Sequence record: SRR22947725_1942
Reading direction: 5' to 3' (one strand)
Length of the DNA: 45,314 bases
Shown piece by piece: positions 19,123 through 28,629 of this stretch (positions are counted from its first letter, which is position 1; the number at the start of each line of letters is the position of its first letter). Both the position numbers and the translations under genes were made by a program. A model generated the notes under the pieces. It was not told the DNA's origin. It saw nothing but the letters and a program-made list of their open reading frames with translations, and did no database searches.

Positions 19123-19317
19123 GATGATTCCCTTCTCAAGGAGAAGGACCGCTATGCCAGAGCTTTTGTTAGCCATCTTCTTCGGTTCCTTACCTCCAGA
19201 GAACTGACCCCGAGGGATACCTTAGAGGTCGAACGGATCGTGGCTTTGGCAAAACCTTACGATTACCGCTTAAAATCTTTAATTCGAGAAGTTGCTTTGA
19301 GTCAAAGTTTCCTTTAA
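19123..19317 (+). pseudogene. Orphan 3' remnant of a DUF1592/DUF1588/DUF1585 multidomain gene (DUF1585/PSD2 domain)
   Basis: Start-less frame after an in-frame TAG at 19120: DDSLLKEKDRYARAFVSHLLRFLTSRELTPRDTLEVERIVALAKPYDYRLKSLIREVALSQSFL*. This matches the recognisable C-terminal pattern of these PVC proteins. Confidence 0.75.
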
Positions 19318-19334
19318 TTTCTTAAAACTAAGAT

Positions 19335-19973
19335 TTAAAGTTTTCGGATTTTCAGATTTTGAAACCAAACTCGATCATTGTGATCCTGTAAGAGAACGGG
19401 TCCTTCCCAACTACCAAATCCCTCATTCTTACGATACTTACTTTTCTGAAATCTCTTCTTCCAGTCATCTGAACCCCATGTAACCTCAACCACTTTCTTA
19501 CTATTCAGCCAATGTTCTATTTTATGTCCATTGGCTACAATACGACCTGTATTCCATTTACCAACGGGTTTAAGAGTCTTTGAGTCAGGTGCGGCCACTA
19601 GTTCATAGAGAGATCCTGCCCGATGGGTGGGGTTTTTATTATCCCGATGTTTTTGATCATCCAAGACCTGGTACTCCAAACCAAGACTTCCCCGGGTCCG
19701 GTATTTGATTCCACTGTTCCCCGCCTCGGAAATTTTCCATTCGAAAGTTAATTCAAAGTCTTTGAATTTTTCTTTGGTTATGATGTCCCCACTCAAACTT
19801 TTTCGGTGAATCACGCCATTATTTATTTCCCAACCTTTCCCCACTGGCTTTCCTTTAACATTTGTCCATTGCGAAAAGTCATCTTTCTCGAAGAGATCAT
19901 GCATTTTTTCCAGCTTTGCTGCATGAATATTCCCGATTATAAAAAAAGAAAATAGAATTTTATATAATTTCAT
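19335..19973 (-). CDS. DUF1080 (3-keto-disaccharide hydrolase/lyase family) protein, exported
   Basis: DIITKEKFKDFELTFEWKI, GNSGIKY, EYQVLDD, AGSLYE, WNTGRIV and LQDH...VWFQNLKIR. Confidence 0.93.
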   Translation of the reverse strand: MKLYKILFSFFIIGNIHAAKLEKMHDLFEKDDFSQWTNVKGKPVGKGWEINNGVIHRKSLSGDIITKEKFKDFELTFEWKISEAGNSGIKYRTRGSLGLEYQVLDDQKHRDNKNPTHRAGSLYELVAAPDSKTLKPVGKWNTGRIVANGHKIEHWLNSKKVVEVTWGSDDWKKRFQKSKYRKNEGFGSWEGPVLLQDHNDRVWFQNLKIRKL

Positions 19974-20118
19974 ATAGTAGTTAATTAAAAATGATAAGTA
20001 TGGTGCAATGGATTAAAATTTTTCAACCTTCAACCATCAATTTTTCGATTTCATTTGTTGTGTGAGTAATAAATCAAATGAACTTAAATCAAAGAATTTC
20101 ATAGTTTCATAATGAATT

Positions 20119-21885
20119 CTATTTATTAAAACCTTTATGATTCATAAATTCCCAGATTCGATTCATCCAAGTGAAACTACCGGTTCCCGGAGCTGCTTTG
20201 CGTTGGAAGCAGTGACCTCTTTTGGCCAGTGTGTGCAGGTCCGATTGTATTCCCATTCGCCTAAGCTGTTCCCAGCATTTTACTGAATTCATTGGAGAAT
20301 ACCCATCGGCATCTCCGTGAATAAACAGCATGGGGCAGGTATCCAGATCGAATGCAAATTCGGGAACGATCCGGGCGTCGTCCGGATTACCACCTTGGGA
20401 GTTGGTTCCATTGACCCCGTCTGTAAGAGCATAGGCTGGGTAGATCGCCACAGCCCATTGCACTTTGCAGGAGATTTTATGGAGATCATCGATTGCCCAG
20501 GATACTTTCTGTTTTGAGCTAGTCGCCCCCATAAGGGTTAAGTGTCCACCGGCTGATGATCCCATAATACCAATCAGATCGGGGTCGAGATTCTCTTTCT
20601 TCGCCTGGTTCCGAACCATACGGATGGCCCGTTGTAAGTCTTGCCAGGCGGTTGTGTGTTTGGCTAAGTCTCCCTGTGGTCGCGGTGTGCGGTATTTCAT
20701 CGTCACCACCGTCATTCCTTTTTCGTTCAAATAACGCCGTGCCGGGGTCACTTCAAATCCGTCCGGGTTATTGCCACCATAGCCTCCGCCCGAATAAATG
20801 ATCTGAATGGCTTTGGTTTTGGGATCCTTGGGGAAATGCCATTCGAGGTAGGGTTGGCATTGGTTTGTCTGTACATCTGGCATTCTACCATTTGGCCAAA
20901 TCGGCTCTTTGCGGTAATCACCCCGCGCCTTGTCACTTGAATAGCGAGACATCAAATCGACCTCCTTACCGAGACACCCGTCAAAATTCATCTGTCGCAT
21001 GAATTCGCAGACCCGATCGAGCCAATGATCGTATGCTGTACCACTCTCTTCCTTGTTTGGATCCCCCATAAAGCCGTGTCCTCGATCGGCAAAGAGGTGG
21101 ACCTCGGCTGGTATTTTCATTCTTCGGAGTTGTCGATAGATCTTGGTGGAACCAATGGGGGAATAAGGATCGGTGCCGCCGTGAAAAAGGGCCATAGGGC
21201 AGGTCTTTGAGTCAAACTTAAATACATCGGAAAGCTTGGCATCGATCGCATCGCCCCCTCGGGTATTTGGGCCGGTTAGGCCGTCGGTGAGTGCATAAGC
21301 GACATAGATTGGAACTGCCCAATTTACATGGCAGGGAAGCTGGTCGAGTGTATCCACTGGTTCGTAGGCCGGGGAGAGGGCACTGGTTCCAAGTAATACG
21401 GTGAGGTGTCCACCTGCGGAGAAACCCAGAACCCCGATTTTCTCAGGGTCAAACCCACGCTCTTTGGCTGCCTGGCGTACCAAACGAACCGCCCGTTGCC
21501 CGTCCTGCCAAGCACTTTGATATATGGGTAGATCTATGGGCCTCGGTGTGCGGTAGGTCAGGCTCACGCAAACATACCCAAGATCGGTAAACTTTTTTGC
21601 CACGCGGTCGATCCACCGCCAGTCACAGCAGTTCTGATATCCTCCGCCGGAGATGAGCAACATACAGGCACCATTTTTCTCTGCCGGAGCATCGAACCAT
21701 TCGATGTAGGGCATAGTATGCTCCTCGCGATTAAAACCAGCTTGTTTTACCTCTTTGGTAGTAGCGGCAATTTGCTGGGGTTGGAAATTGGGAATCTTGC
21801 CTTCCGGCCATAGCGATATGCGCTCTCCGGCACAGATGAGAGTAAATAGAAGAAAGCTGCAACTGAAAGTAAATTTATTTTTCAT
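20119..21885 (-). CDS. Tandem double alpha/beta-hydrolase (acetyl/feruloyl esterase-like), exported
   Basis: Two homologous halves: SGGGY/SGGGY, YRTPRP/YRTPRP, AWQDGQRA/AWQDLQRA, GFSAGGH/GSSAGGH, HGGTD/HGDAD and RGHGF/RGHCF. Confidence 0.9.
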   Translation of the reverse strand: MKNKFTFSCSFLLFTLICAGERISLWPEGKIPNFQPQQIAATTKEVKQAGFNREEHTMPYIEWFDAPAEKNGACMLLISGGGYQNCCDWRWIDRVAKKFTDLGYVCVSLTYRTPRPIDLPIYQSAWQDGQRAVRLVRQAAKERGFDPEKIGVLGFSAGGHLTVLLGTSALSPAYEPVDTLDQLPCHVNWAVPIYVAYALTDGLTGPNTRGGDAIDAKLSDVFKFDSKTCPMALFHGGTDPYSPIGSTKIYRQLRRMKIPAEVHLFADRGHGFMGDPNKEESGTAYDHWLDRVCEFMRQMNFDGCLGKEVDLMSRYSSDKARGDYRKEPIWPNGRMPDVQTNQCQPYLEWHFPKDPKTKAIQIIYSGGGYGGNNPDGFEVTPARRYLNEKGMTVVTMKYRTPRPQGDLAKHTTAWQDLQRAIRMVRNQAKKENLDPDLIGIMGSSAGGHLTLMGATSSKQKVSWAIDDLHKISCKVQWAVAIYPAYALTDGVNGTNSQGGNPDDARIVPEFAFDLDTCPMLFIHGDADGYSPMNSVKCWEQLRRMGIQSDLHTLAKRGHCFQRKAAPGTGSFTWMNRIWEFMNHKGFNK

Positions 21886-21980
21886 CGGACATATTGTATC
21901 GTTAGCCAGTAATTATTCTGACGGTAATTGCGGTTAGAGGGAATGTTTGAAAATAGTATAAGCGAATTGTGTTATCACGC

Positions 21981-23975
21981 TTATTTTTGAGTATCGTGGT
22001 TTTCCAATTCGATTGATTTATCAATATCGGCCTGAAAGATTTTCTGAAATTCTTCGATCGATAATTTACCACCCGGGTAGAGCAGGGGAGATGAATATTT
22101 ACCACCTATCCATTGAAGGTTGCGAAGTTCCCGCTTGCCCGGCCAGGTTCCTCCGCTGAGGATAGTTTTCTCTTCGCCCGGAATCCTGTGCAATCCTGCC
22201 ACAATTTGAAGCTCAGTAATCCCCTGCCAACTTTTGGGACAGGGAGGAATACCTGAGCTTCTTGGCTTTAAATCCGAAAGTTTGATGGTTACCGTTTGCC
22301 AATCCTCTGTTTTAGCAAGTGCTTTCACGCAATAGTACCCGCCTTTGGTCAAACCTGGATACGCACCCCAGTTGTTTACATCAAAGGCCATGAGGAAATA
22401 GCCACCCTGTGGATCTTTTACATCTATGCTCAGGGTAGCTCCATCAGGGCCACGCCATTTAGGTTCGGTTAGTTTTCGGGTTCCTGCAACGGCATGCTGG
22501 TGATTACTCCACCTTACTTGATACCAATCTCCCCAATCATCAAAACTACGCTGGATAATGCGATCTGGACGGTCGATTGCTCTTACGCCGGCTGTCTTTA
22601 ATGCGGGGGGATCTATGATTGTTTCCCAAGTGCTAACGAGGAAATTGTCAGGGGAGTTCCCCATATGCCGAGACCCTATCAACTTCTGGGGTTGGGGATA
22701 TTCCACATTGGCCATCACAAAGAGGGGCATGTCGGTGCTCAAAATGGGCAGATGTGCTACCCAATTGTTACGATGCTTAGCAGTCGCTGCACGGCGCCAG
22801 AAGCGTGTCAGGGAATGCGGGTTAATGCTGTAGTAAATCTGGACATTTTGTATCTGGCCGACATCGTGGGGGGAGACAGAGGCAATGGGGATACCATTGG
22901 CTGTCTTTAGATTTACGGACAATTCCGGTCTCTTCGGGAAAGTACCTTCTCCTTTGAGAAAGACATCAAAGAATCGATAACGAGTGAAAGCGGATTTCGC
23001 GATGTGGCGATGGTTGAGGTGCGGGGAAATACTGAAGTGTACCAGTGAGGGGTCGGGGATGACCTTCCAGTTATAGTTTAAATCATCGTAGATACAGTTG
23101 AAGTCATTTTGTGGCGTTTGGCCAAGGATAGGGTAGTTTAGACTTTTAAGTGATGCAGTGGCATCAATGGTGCTCGAATACAGTTTGTCTCCAACTCGTC
23201 TGTCTGATGATGCACCAGATCTGGCAATGTTTGCAGCCTGAGTGATGCCTGCTCCTCCGCAAGAGGGCACCGCTGCCTTGATTCGGTTGTCAAGGCCGGC
23301 CACCTGTCCGGTAATCGTACCTCCCATGGAATGTCCGTAGACTCCCAATTTATCCCTATCCACAATGGGTTGCTGTTCGAGAAAAGTCAGACCTCGGCGA
23401 GTAGCGAGAGTAAGGATAAACCAATTATTGTTTCGCGGGCTGTAAATAGATTCTGCAGTTTTGTCGTCTGGAGTGAGCCTGAAGTAGTGGCTGACATGTT
23501 TTTGAGTCGGGTCAATTGCTCCCCAGTCCGTGCCCGGCTCGCCAGTTTTTTGATCTTCCAATTCACGCCCTCCCCAATTCAGGGATAGGCTGGCATATCC
23601 ATTAGCCGCATCCACGACTACAATATTTTTATCTGCCCGCTGACCTCCCCCGTGTACTTGAACAAGCCCGGGAACTGTGTCATTAATATCCTTTGGGTAA
23701 CCATAGTAAGCAGAAATCCGAGAGACCTCATTTTTGAATGTACCCACAGTAAAGGTAAGCATCTGAATTCTGATCTTTTTTCCTTCATAACTCTCATCCC
23801 ATTCACGGGTCACCTTGATATCCAATGGCTCAATTCGGGGATCATAGCCCATCCATAATTCACTTACACTATGAGCCACTTTTCCTTTTTCAAGTGGATA
23901 TAGTGAATTTTTGGAAAGCAAAGCATGACCAAGCGTGGAAAGTAAAAGTGAAAGGCTGAGAATTTTGATATTCAT
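21981..23975 (-). CDS. Dienelactone hydrolase/acetyl-xylan esterase-like alpha/beta hydrolase with C-terminal beta-sandwich domains
   Basis: Signal peptide. PGLVQVHGGGQ, GHSMGG nucleophile, NDF and LNH. CBM11/CIA30-like WQTVTIKLSDL near the C-terminus. Confidence 0.85.
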   Translation of the reverse strand: MNIKILSLSLLLSTLGHALLSKNSLYPLEKGKVAHSVSELWMGYDPRIEPLDIKVTREWDESYEGKKIRIQMLTFTVGTFKNEVSRISAYYGYPKDINDTVPGLVQVHGGGQRADKNIVVVDAANGYASLSLNWGGRELEDQKTGEPGTDWGAIDPTQKHVSHYFRLTPDDKTAESIYSPRNNNWFILTLATRRGLTFLEQQPIVDRDKLGVYGHSMGGTITGQVAGLDNRIKAAVPSCGGAGITQAANIARSGASSDRRVGDKLYSSTIDATASLKSLNYPILGQTPQNDFNCIYDDLNYNWKVIPDPSLVHFSISPHLNHRHIAKSAFTRYRFFDVFLKGEGTFPKRPELSVNLKTANGIPIASVSPHDVGQIQNVQIYYSINPHSLTRFWRRAATAKHRNNWVAHLPILSTDMPLFVMANVEYPQPQKLIGSRHMGNSPDNFLVSTWETIIDPPALKTAGVRAIDRPDRIIQRSFDDWGDWYQVRWSNHQHAVAGTRKLTEPKWRGPDGATLSIDVKDPQGGYFLMAFDVNNWGAYPGLTKGGYYCVKALAKTEDWQTVTIKLSDLKPRSSGIPPCPKSWQGITELQIVAGLHRIPGEEKTILSGGTWPGKRELRNLQWIGGKYSSPLLYPGGKLSIEEFQKIFQADIDKSIELENHDTQK

Positions 23976-23987
23976 CAATTTTTTAGA

Positions 23988-25331
23988 TTATTGAGCCCCA
24001 AAAACATCAATTTCGCCAAAGAATGTTGGGCCGTGAACTTCAATCAATAAGTATCTATAGCAACCAATCTGTCCCTTCGAGGCAAAAATAGAGCATGCTT
24101 GTTGTGCGGGTCGATCGATGTCTTCCTGGACATCAAAGAAACGGTCACTATTTACTCTTACTATTCTGTCCCATCCCGTTTCGTTGGCTGGCAGATTTAA
24201 ATCTGGCAGTTCTTCATCCTTTAGCCCGTATAGAGTAAATACCTGTTTGGCTCTATTTTTATGATCATTTATTCTTTGGTTTTGATGCCAGGAATAGGAA
24301 TTTACCTTATCAATTCCTATTTCTCTACCCAAATCAATGAGTAAATTCCCGTAAGTCCCGTCTGTTTTTTGTAAAAAGACTGATTCTTTTGGAGAATCCG
24401 GTTCAGTCTGACCTTTTCCATCTAGTAGGGACATGGGATTTACTTCCCAGTTCGGTTGCTTAAGGACCTTCCCTTTTCCTACCGAAACACTTGCGAGTCC
24501 TCTTGAAGTATCTGCATAATCATGGTCACTCGGGGGTTGGATTGTAGGGAAAATAAATAATTTCGATTCATCTCCTGATTCAATTTTAGTCAAATATTTT
24601 CGCTTTCCTGGTTCCACAAATATCGCTTCTCCAGCCTGAATAATGTGGTGTTCATGGTCTAGCTCTACAATCAAATTAACTTTCCCTTGAGTTACATCCA
24701 GTCGACTTAACCCGTCTGGGCCAACACAAGCAGCAAAGGCGGTTCCCAGGTCAACGAAGGTAGAGCTTGGAGTTTTAATTGAAAAACCTTGTGATTCCTT
24801 TGTGTCTGCTATGACGGCAGCCCTACCTAGAGTAAGAAAAGCCGAGTTGGCCGAATTGACCTCAACGATTGAAGGCCCTCTCAATTTCATGATAGCCCCA
24901 GTATTAAAATGAATGTGAGCGACTCCTGATGACAGCTCAATGCGATCATTCACAAAAAGAGAACTCCCCTTAGCTACTTCATGGCCGGGGTTCATCCACC
25001 TGCAATTGTCAAGTTCTTCAAAATGGGCAACGGCCAGTTTGAGCGGACTTTCACTGACCGAGTTTACTGATTTAAATTTTAAGGCAAAAAGAAAGATTAA
25101 AATCGCTGCAATCGATGCCCAAACAGGCCAATAGGAAATAAGGGAAGTTTCCTTCTTTGCTGGAGTAATGGAGTAAGGGAGTGCGGCATCAAGACGTGCG
25201 TAAGCGAGAAAATCTTTTCTAAGTTGATTGTCTTTTTGCATCTTTTGTTCGAGAAGTTGGATATCATCCGTACTCGCTTGTGAATCAAGGTAAAGCCTGA
25301 CGAGTTCCAAGTCTTCTTTAGATGATTTCAT
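23988..25331 (-). CDS. FecR-domain anti-sigma factor with discoidin/galactose-binding-like C-terminal domain
   Basis: TM segment WASIAAILIFLF and FecR motif FVDLGTAF...LDVTQGKV. C-terminal LLDG..LLIDLG..VNSYSW..RYLLIEV..FGEIDVF. ATGA overlap with the sigma gene. Confidence 0.88.
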   Translation of the reverse strand: MKSSKEDLELVRLYLDSQASTDDIQLLEQKMQKDNQLRKDFLAYARLDAALPYSITPAKKETSLISYWPVWASIAAILIFLFALKFKSVNSVSESPLKLAVAHFEELDNCRWMNPGHEVAKGSSLFVNDRIELSSGVAHIHFNTGAIMKLRGPSIVEVNSANSAFLTLGRAAVIADTKESQGFSIKTPSSTFVDLGTAFAACVGPDGLSRLDVTQGKVNLIVELDHEHHIIQAGEAIFVEPGKRKYLTKIESGDESKLFIFPTIQPPSDHDYADTSRGLASVSVGKGKVLKQPNWEVNPMSLLDGKGQTEPDSPKESVFLQKTDGTYGNLLIDLGREIGIDKVNSYSWHQNQRINDHKNRAKQVFTLYGLKDEELPDLNLPANETGWDRIVRVNSDRFFDVQEDIDRPAQQACSIFASKGQIGCYRYLLIEVHGPTFFGEIDVFGAQ

Positions 25332-25864
25332 ACAATCCCCTCCTGTTTTTTTAAATCTGCACGAATACAGTCTGCCAATGCAATCCGTATGCGGTGTAGT
25401 GCTTTGTAGAGAGACATGGGGGTTCGTCCTGCTCTTTCAGCCATCTTGTCGATTTTGGTACCCTTGGAATAGGCCTGTTGAATTAGAGTTCTATGTTTTT
25501 CAGGTAATTTGGTTATACATTTCTCTAGAGCCTTTTCTTCCAATTCGCCTGAATCTGCTTCATCTTCTGCTTCTTTAGCTAACTGATTTACTAATTTCTC
25601 GCTAAAAACATGGCGATCGCGTGCTTTATCCCTGCGATAGGAGAGGGCTTCAAACCGGGCAACCCCAAAAGCCCAGCGCCTGAAATTTTTCGGAGAATCC
25701 AATTGATCAAATTTTCGCCAAAGCACTGCAGCCGTTCCCTGCATTACTTCTTTGGCGTCTTCTAAAGTGGGAACAAGAGAGCGTACAAAACCTCGTAATG
25801 AACTTTCTGTTTCAACATAAAGACGCAGGAATTGATCGTGCTTCTCTTTTTCTTGGTGGTTCAT
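25328..25864 (-). CDS. ECF sigma-70 factor, Rhodopirellula/Verrucomicrobium type
   Basis: FLRLY..LRGFVRSLVP..DAKEVMQ..LWRKFD..FRRWAFGVARFEAL..ALEKCITKLP..LYKALHRIRIALADCI. Confidence 0.95.
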   Translation of the reverse strand: MNHQEKEKHDQFLRLYVETESSLRGFVRSLVPTLEDAKEVMQGTAAVLWRKFDQLDSPKNFRRWAFGVARFEALSYRRDKARDRHVFSEKLVNQLAKEAEDEADSGELEEKALEKCITKLPEKHRTLIQQAYSKGTKIDKMAERAGRTPMSLYKALHRIRIALADCIRADLKKQEGIV

Positions 25865-25876
25865 TCTAATTAAAAT

Positions 25877-25900
25877 ACTCCATCAGAATAAACTTTTGCC
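25877..25900 (-). promoter_or_regulatory. Candidate ECF promoter (autoregulatory) GGCAA-N14-GGAGT
   Basis: Minus strand GGCAA aagtttattctgat GGAGT, ending 12 nt before the sigma ATG. Identical boxes and spacing recur at 33155-33178. Confidence 0.55.
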
Positions 25901-25916
25901 GAGAAATTTTAGATTG

Positions 25917-28610
25917 CTATTCCCAGCCTTTCATAAAAGCAACAATATCCGCTACATCTTGAGCCGAAAGAGCGAGTTGTTCAGCAGAGAGCATCAGAGA
26001 CCGTTTCATTCGTTTAGAGCTTTTAACCTTCGACTGGGGAACCATTTGAGTAAGCCCGCCTTGAGAAAGAACAATAGCGGGATCACCCCGAGACTCAGTT
26101 ATTCCATGAAGGGTAGTTCCATCTTTGAGAATGTATTCTGTTCCTTGAAACCCATGGGCAATTCCCTGAGATGGATTAACGATCGCGTGGATGATTGCGG
26201 TGGTGGATTGCTTGGCTGCCCATCCTTCAAGGCGTGGTCCGTAATTTGCACCTATGCCGTTCACTTCGTGGCACATCGTGCATCGCATGATACTGGTCTT
26301 TCCTTTTACTGGATCTCCCCTGAGCTTTGCGATATTTTCCACCTTAAGACTTGATTTTTGAGGGGGCTCTGGAGTGCTCATGGGAACAAGTTGAATATTG
26401 TCCGGGTCGTAAATTCCGGAACTTTTGAGTCTTTTATTCAAGTCATATTGGTTCCACGCGGTAATACTTCGTTTTAAAATCCATTGAGCAATCGCATTTT
26501 TAATTCTAGTATCATTTTCACTTTTACCCAGAGTAAATAGAGCACCGGGAGCCAGGGGGTGATTGATGAAAGCGATCGATTCAATCGCAAAAAGCCTCTC
26601 TTCCATCGCGAGCTTCTGATTCTGAACTCTGGATGTTAAGTCTGTCAGTGCTTCTTTGGTGCCAAGACGCCAAGTGATTCGGGCAAAAGCTTCATCCCAT
26701 TTTGTGGAGTTTTGAAAACCAAGATTATCTCGCAGGTAAATCCAGAGGGCACTCTCTTTTCCGCCAGCACCCAATCCAATGGATTCGACATAATTTTTAT
26801 CCTGACCGTCATACCTTTTAGCTACTTCCAACAAGACTGGGTTTGCCTGTTCTGCAGAGAAGGCTCTCATGGAGAGTGCCACATCCCGACGGACTCCAGC
26901 AGATGAGTCCTTGGCCATTTTTTCAGCATAAGGAAAAAGCTTTTGCTCTGACCTACGAAGACTTCTGTAAGCCACGAGTCGATGCACAGATTTTTTTGAA
27001 TCCAAAAGCTTATGGACTTCTTTTAATCCTTTATTACCCAGGTAGGGAAGTAACCAGATGGCTCGTGCCGCAATATAGGGATTTTTATGATTAAGCAGAA
27101 CGGATACTTTCTTGTATGCTTTCGCTCCCTGTTTTTGCAAAGCGAGAAAACCCAGGTGCCTAACATTGGGGGTGGGGCTGAGCAAAGCATTGATTTGACC
27201 ATCTATGGAGTCCAAGTTCAATTCAGGAATTGAGGGAGCAAAGTTCTTAGGGGCAATTCGGTAGATGGCCCCTGAAGAAGATTCATCCCGGGTGGCGTGT
27301 CCACCAGATCCCGGGTCGTACCAATCCGCAACATAGACCGCACCGTCCGGTCCAATCGCTACATCGGATGGTCTAAAGTGAACCCGTTCATCCCGATCCT
27401 CATCACTAACGGAAGGTGAAGTGGAGCGGGTACTTACAAAGTTGAAGCGATTCATTGAATAAGTTGCACCTTGAGGTTTGGGTTTGTACCCAAAAACTGT
27501 GTTCCGGGAAGCTTCACCAGAGAGGTAGGTACCGATCCATTTATCTCCCAAAGATCCATTTTCATAAAAAGTTACTCCAGTTGGTCCACCAGATCCATAC
27601 ACATCACCGGCATCAAATGTTCCGGGGTCGTCCTGTCGCCAATGAGCCCTGGGAATTGCTTGGCCGGGTCGTTTGTCTGCTTGCCATTTATGCTGCCCGT
27701 CCAGGGAATAATAACCGGCAGACCCGAATTCTAAAACATAAGAATTTCGACAACTTGAATAATCATCGTTATCGCTTTGGTACATATCACCCAAAGAATT
27801 GACCACCTGTTCGTAGCTATTTCGATAGCCATGTCCAATAATTTCCGCCTGGGTGCCATTTGGGTTCATGCGAACACTGAAACCGGAAGTCCACACATAT
27901 CCATCATCACTCTTTGCACCTTTGAGCTCATGGGTTGGAGTATAAAAATATTTCTCGCTGGCTCCGCCCCGATAGTTGGTGTTCATTCGAAAGGTCTTGC
28001 CTGAATTATCGGTAAATATCGCTCCACAATTCCCGCTGTTAAAATACCATTTTCCATCTGGTCCTGAGGTAACTGAATGGAGAGAATGATCATGTTGGCG
28101 TCCGTTAAAACCGGTGAGTAGAACTTCTTTTTTGTCGACCTTTGGGTCAAACTTCAGATCCCGATTGATATCGGTATAAACGACAATGTCAGGCGGTTGA
28201 GAAATAACTATTTGGTTATCAAAAACAGAAATACCCAGAGGCGACTCCAAATATGGGTCTTGAAGAAAGACTTTGGACTGGTCGGCTATGCCGTCGTTGT
28301 CAGAATCTATCAAGACTACTATCCGGTCACCCGCGTTTCGGCGAATGCCTAGTTTTTCCCGATAGTTTACCCCCTCGGTTATCCAAATTCTACCGTATGG
28401 GTCGATGTCCATATTCGTTGGATTATACAACATTGGGCTTTTTGCCCACATGGTTACCTTTAATGTTGGGTCCACAGTAAATTTATCAACGCTAACATGA
28501 TTTGGTTTACTTGATGGGGGCCATGCCATGGCTGACTTTTTAGGAGGTGCTGAAAAAGCAATACCTGCACTCAAACCAGTAAGCAAAAGGAAGGGGATAA
28601 AATGTTTCAT
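25917..28610 (-). CDS. PVC-type haem-binding CxxCH protein (membrane-bound dehydrogenase propeller + HEAT + haem domain)
   Basis: ATG 28610 gives the signal peptide MKHFIPFLLL. NPTNMDIDPYGRIWITEGVNYR, HDHSLH, GYRNSYE, SDNDD and FRPSDVAIGPDG. CTMCH...YGPRL...IVNPS...SLM. Confidence 0.9.
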   Translation of the reverse strand: MKHFIPFLLLTGLSAGIAFSAPPKKSAMAWPPSSKPNHVSVDKFTVDPTLKVTMWAKSPMLYNPTNMDIDPYGRIWITEGVNYREKLGIRRNAGDRIVVLIDSDNDGIADQSKVFLQDPYLESPLGISVFDNQIVISQPPDIVVYTDINRDLKFDPKVDKKEVLLTGFNGRQHDHSLHSVTSGPDGKWYFNSGNCGAIFTDNSGKTFRMNTNYRGGASEKYFYTPTHELKGAKSDDGYVWTSGFSVRMNPNGTQAEIIGHGYRNSYEQVVNSLGDMYQSDNDDYSSCRNSYVLEFGSAGYYSLDGQHKWQADKRPGQAIPRAHWRQDDPGTFDAGDVYGSGGPTGVTFYENGSLGDKWIGTYLSGEASRNTVFGYKPKPQGATYSMNRFNFVSTRSTSPSVSDEDRDERVHFRPSDVAIGPDGAVYVADWYDPGSGGHATRDESSSGAIYRIAPKNFAPSIPELNLDSIDGQINALLSPTPNVRHLGFLALQKQGAKAYKKVSVLLNHKNPYIAARAIWLLPYLGNKGLKEVHKLLDSKKSVHRLVAYRSLRRSEQKLFPYAEKMAKDSSAGVRRDVALSMRAFSAEQANPVLLEVAKRYDGQDKNYVESIGLGAGGKESALWIYLRDNLGFQNSTKWDEAFARITWRLGTKEALTDLTSRVQNQKLAMEERLFAIESIAFINHPLAPGALFTLGKSENDTRIKNAIAQWILKRSITAWNQYDLNKRLKSSGIYDPDNIQLVPMSTPEPPQKSSLKVENIAKLRGDPVKGKTSIMRCTMCHEVNGIGANYGPRLEGWAAKQSTTAIIHAIVNPSQGIAHGFQGTEYILKDGTTLHGITESRGDPAIVLSQGGLTQMVPQSKVKSSKRMKRSLMLSAEQLALSAQDVADIVAFMKGWE

Positions 28611-28629
28611 TCGGAAGTGGAGCAGGGAT

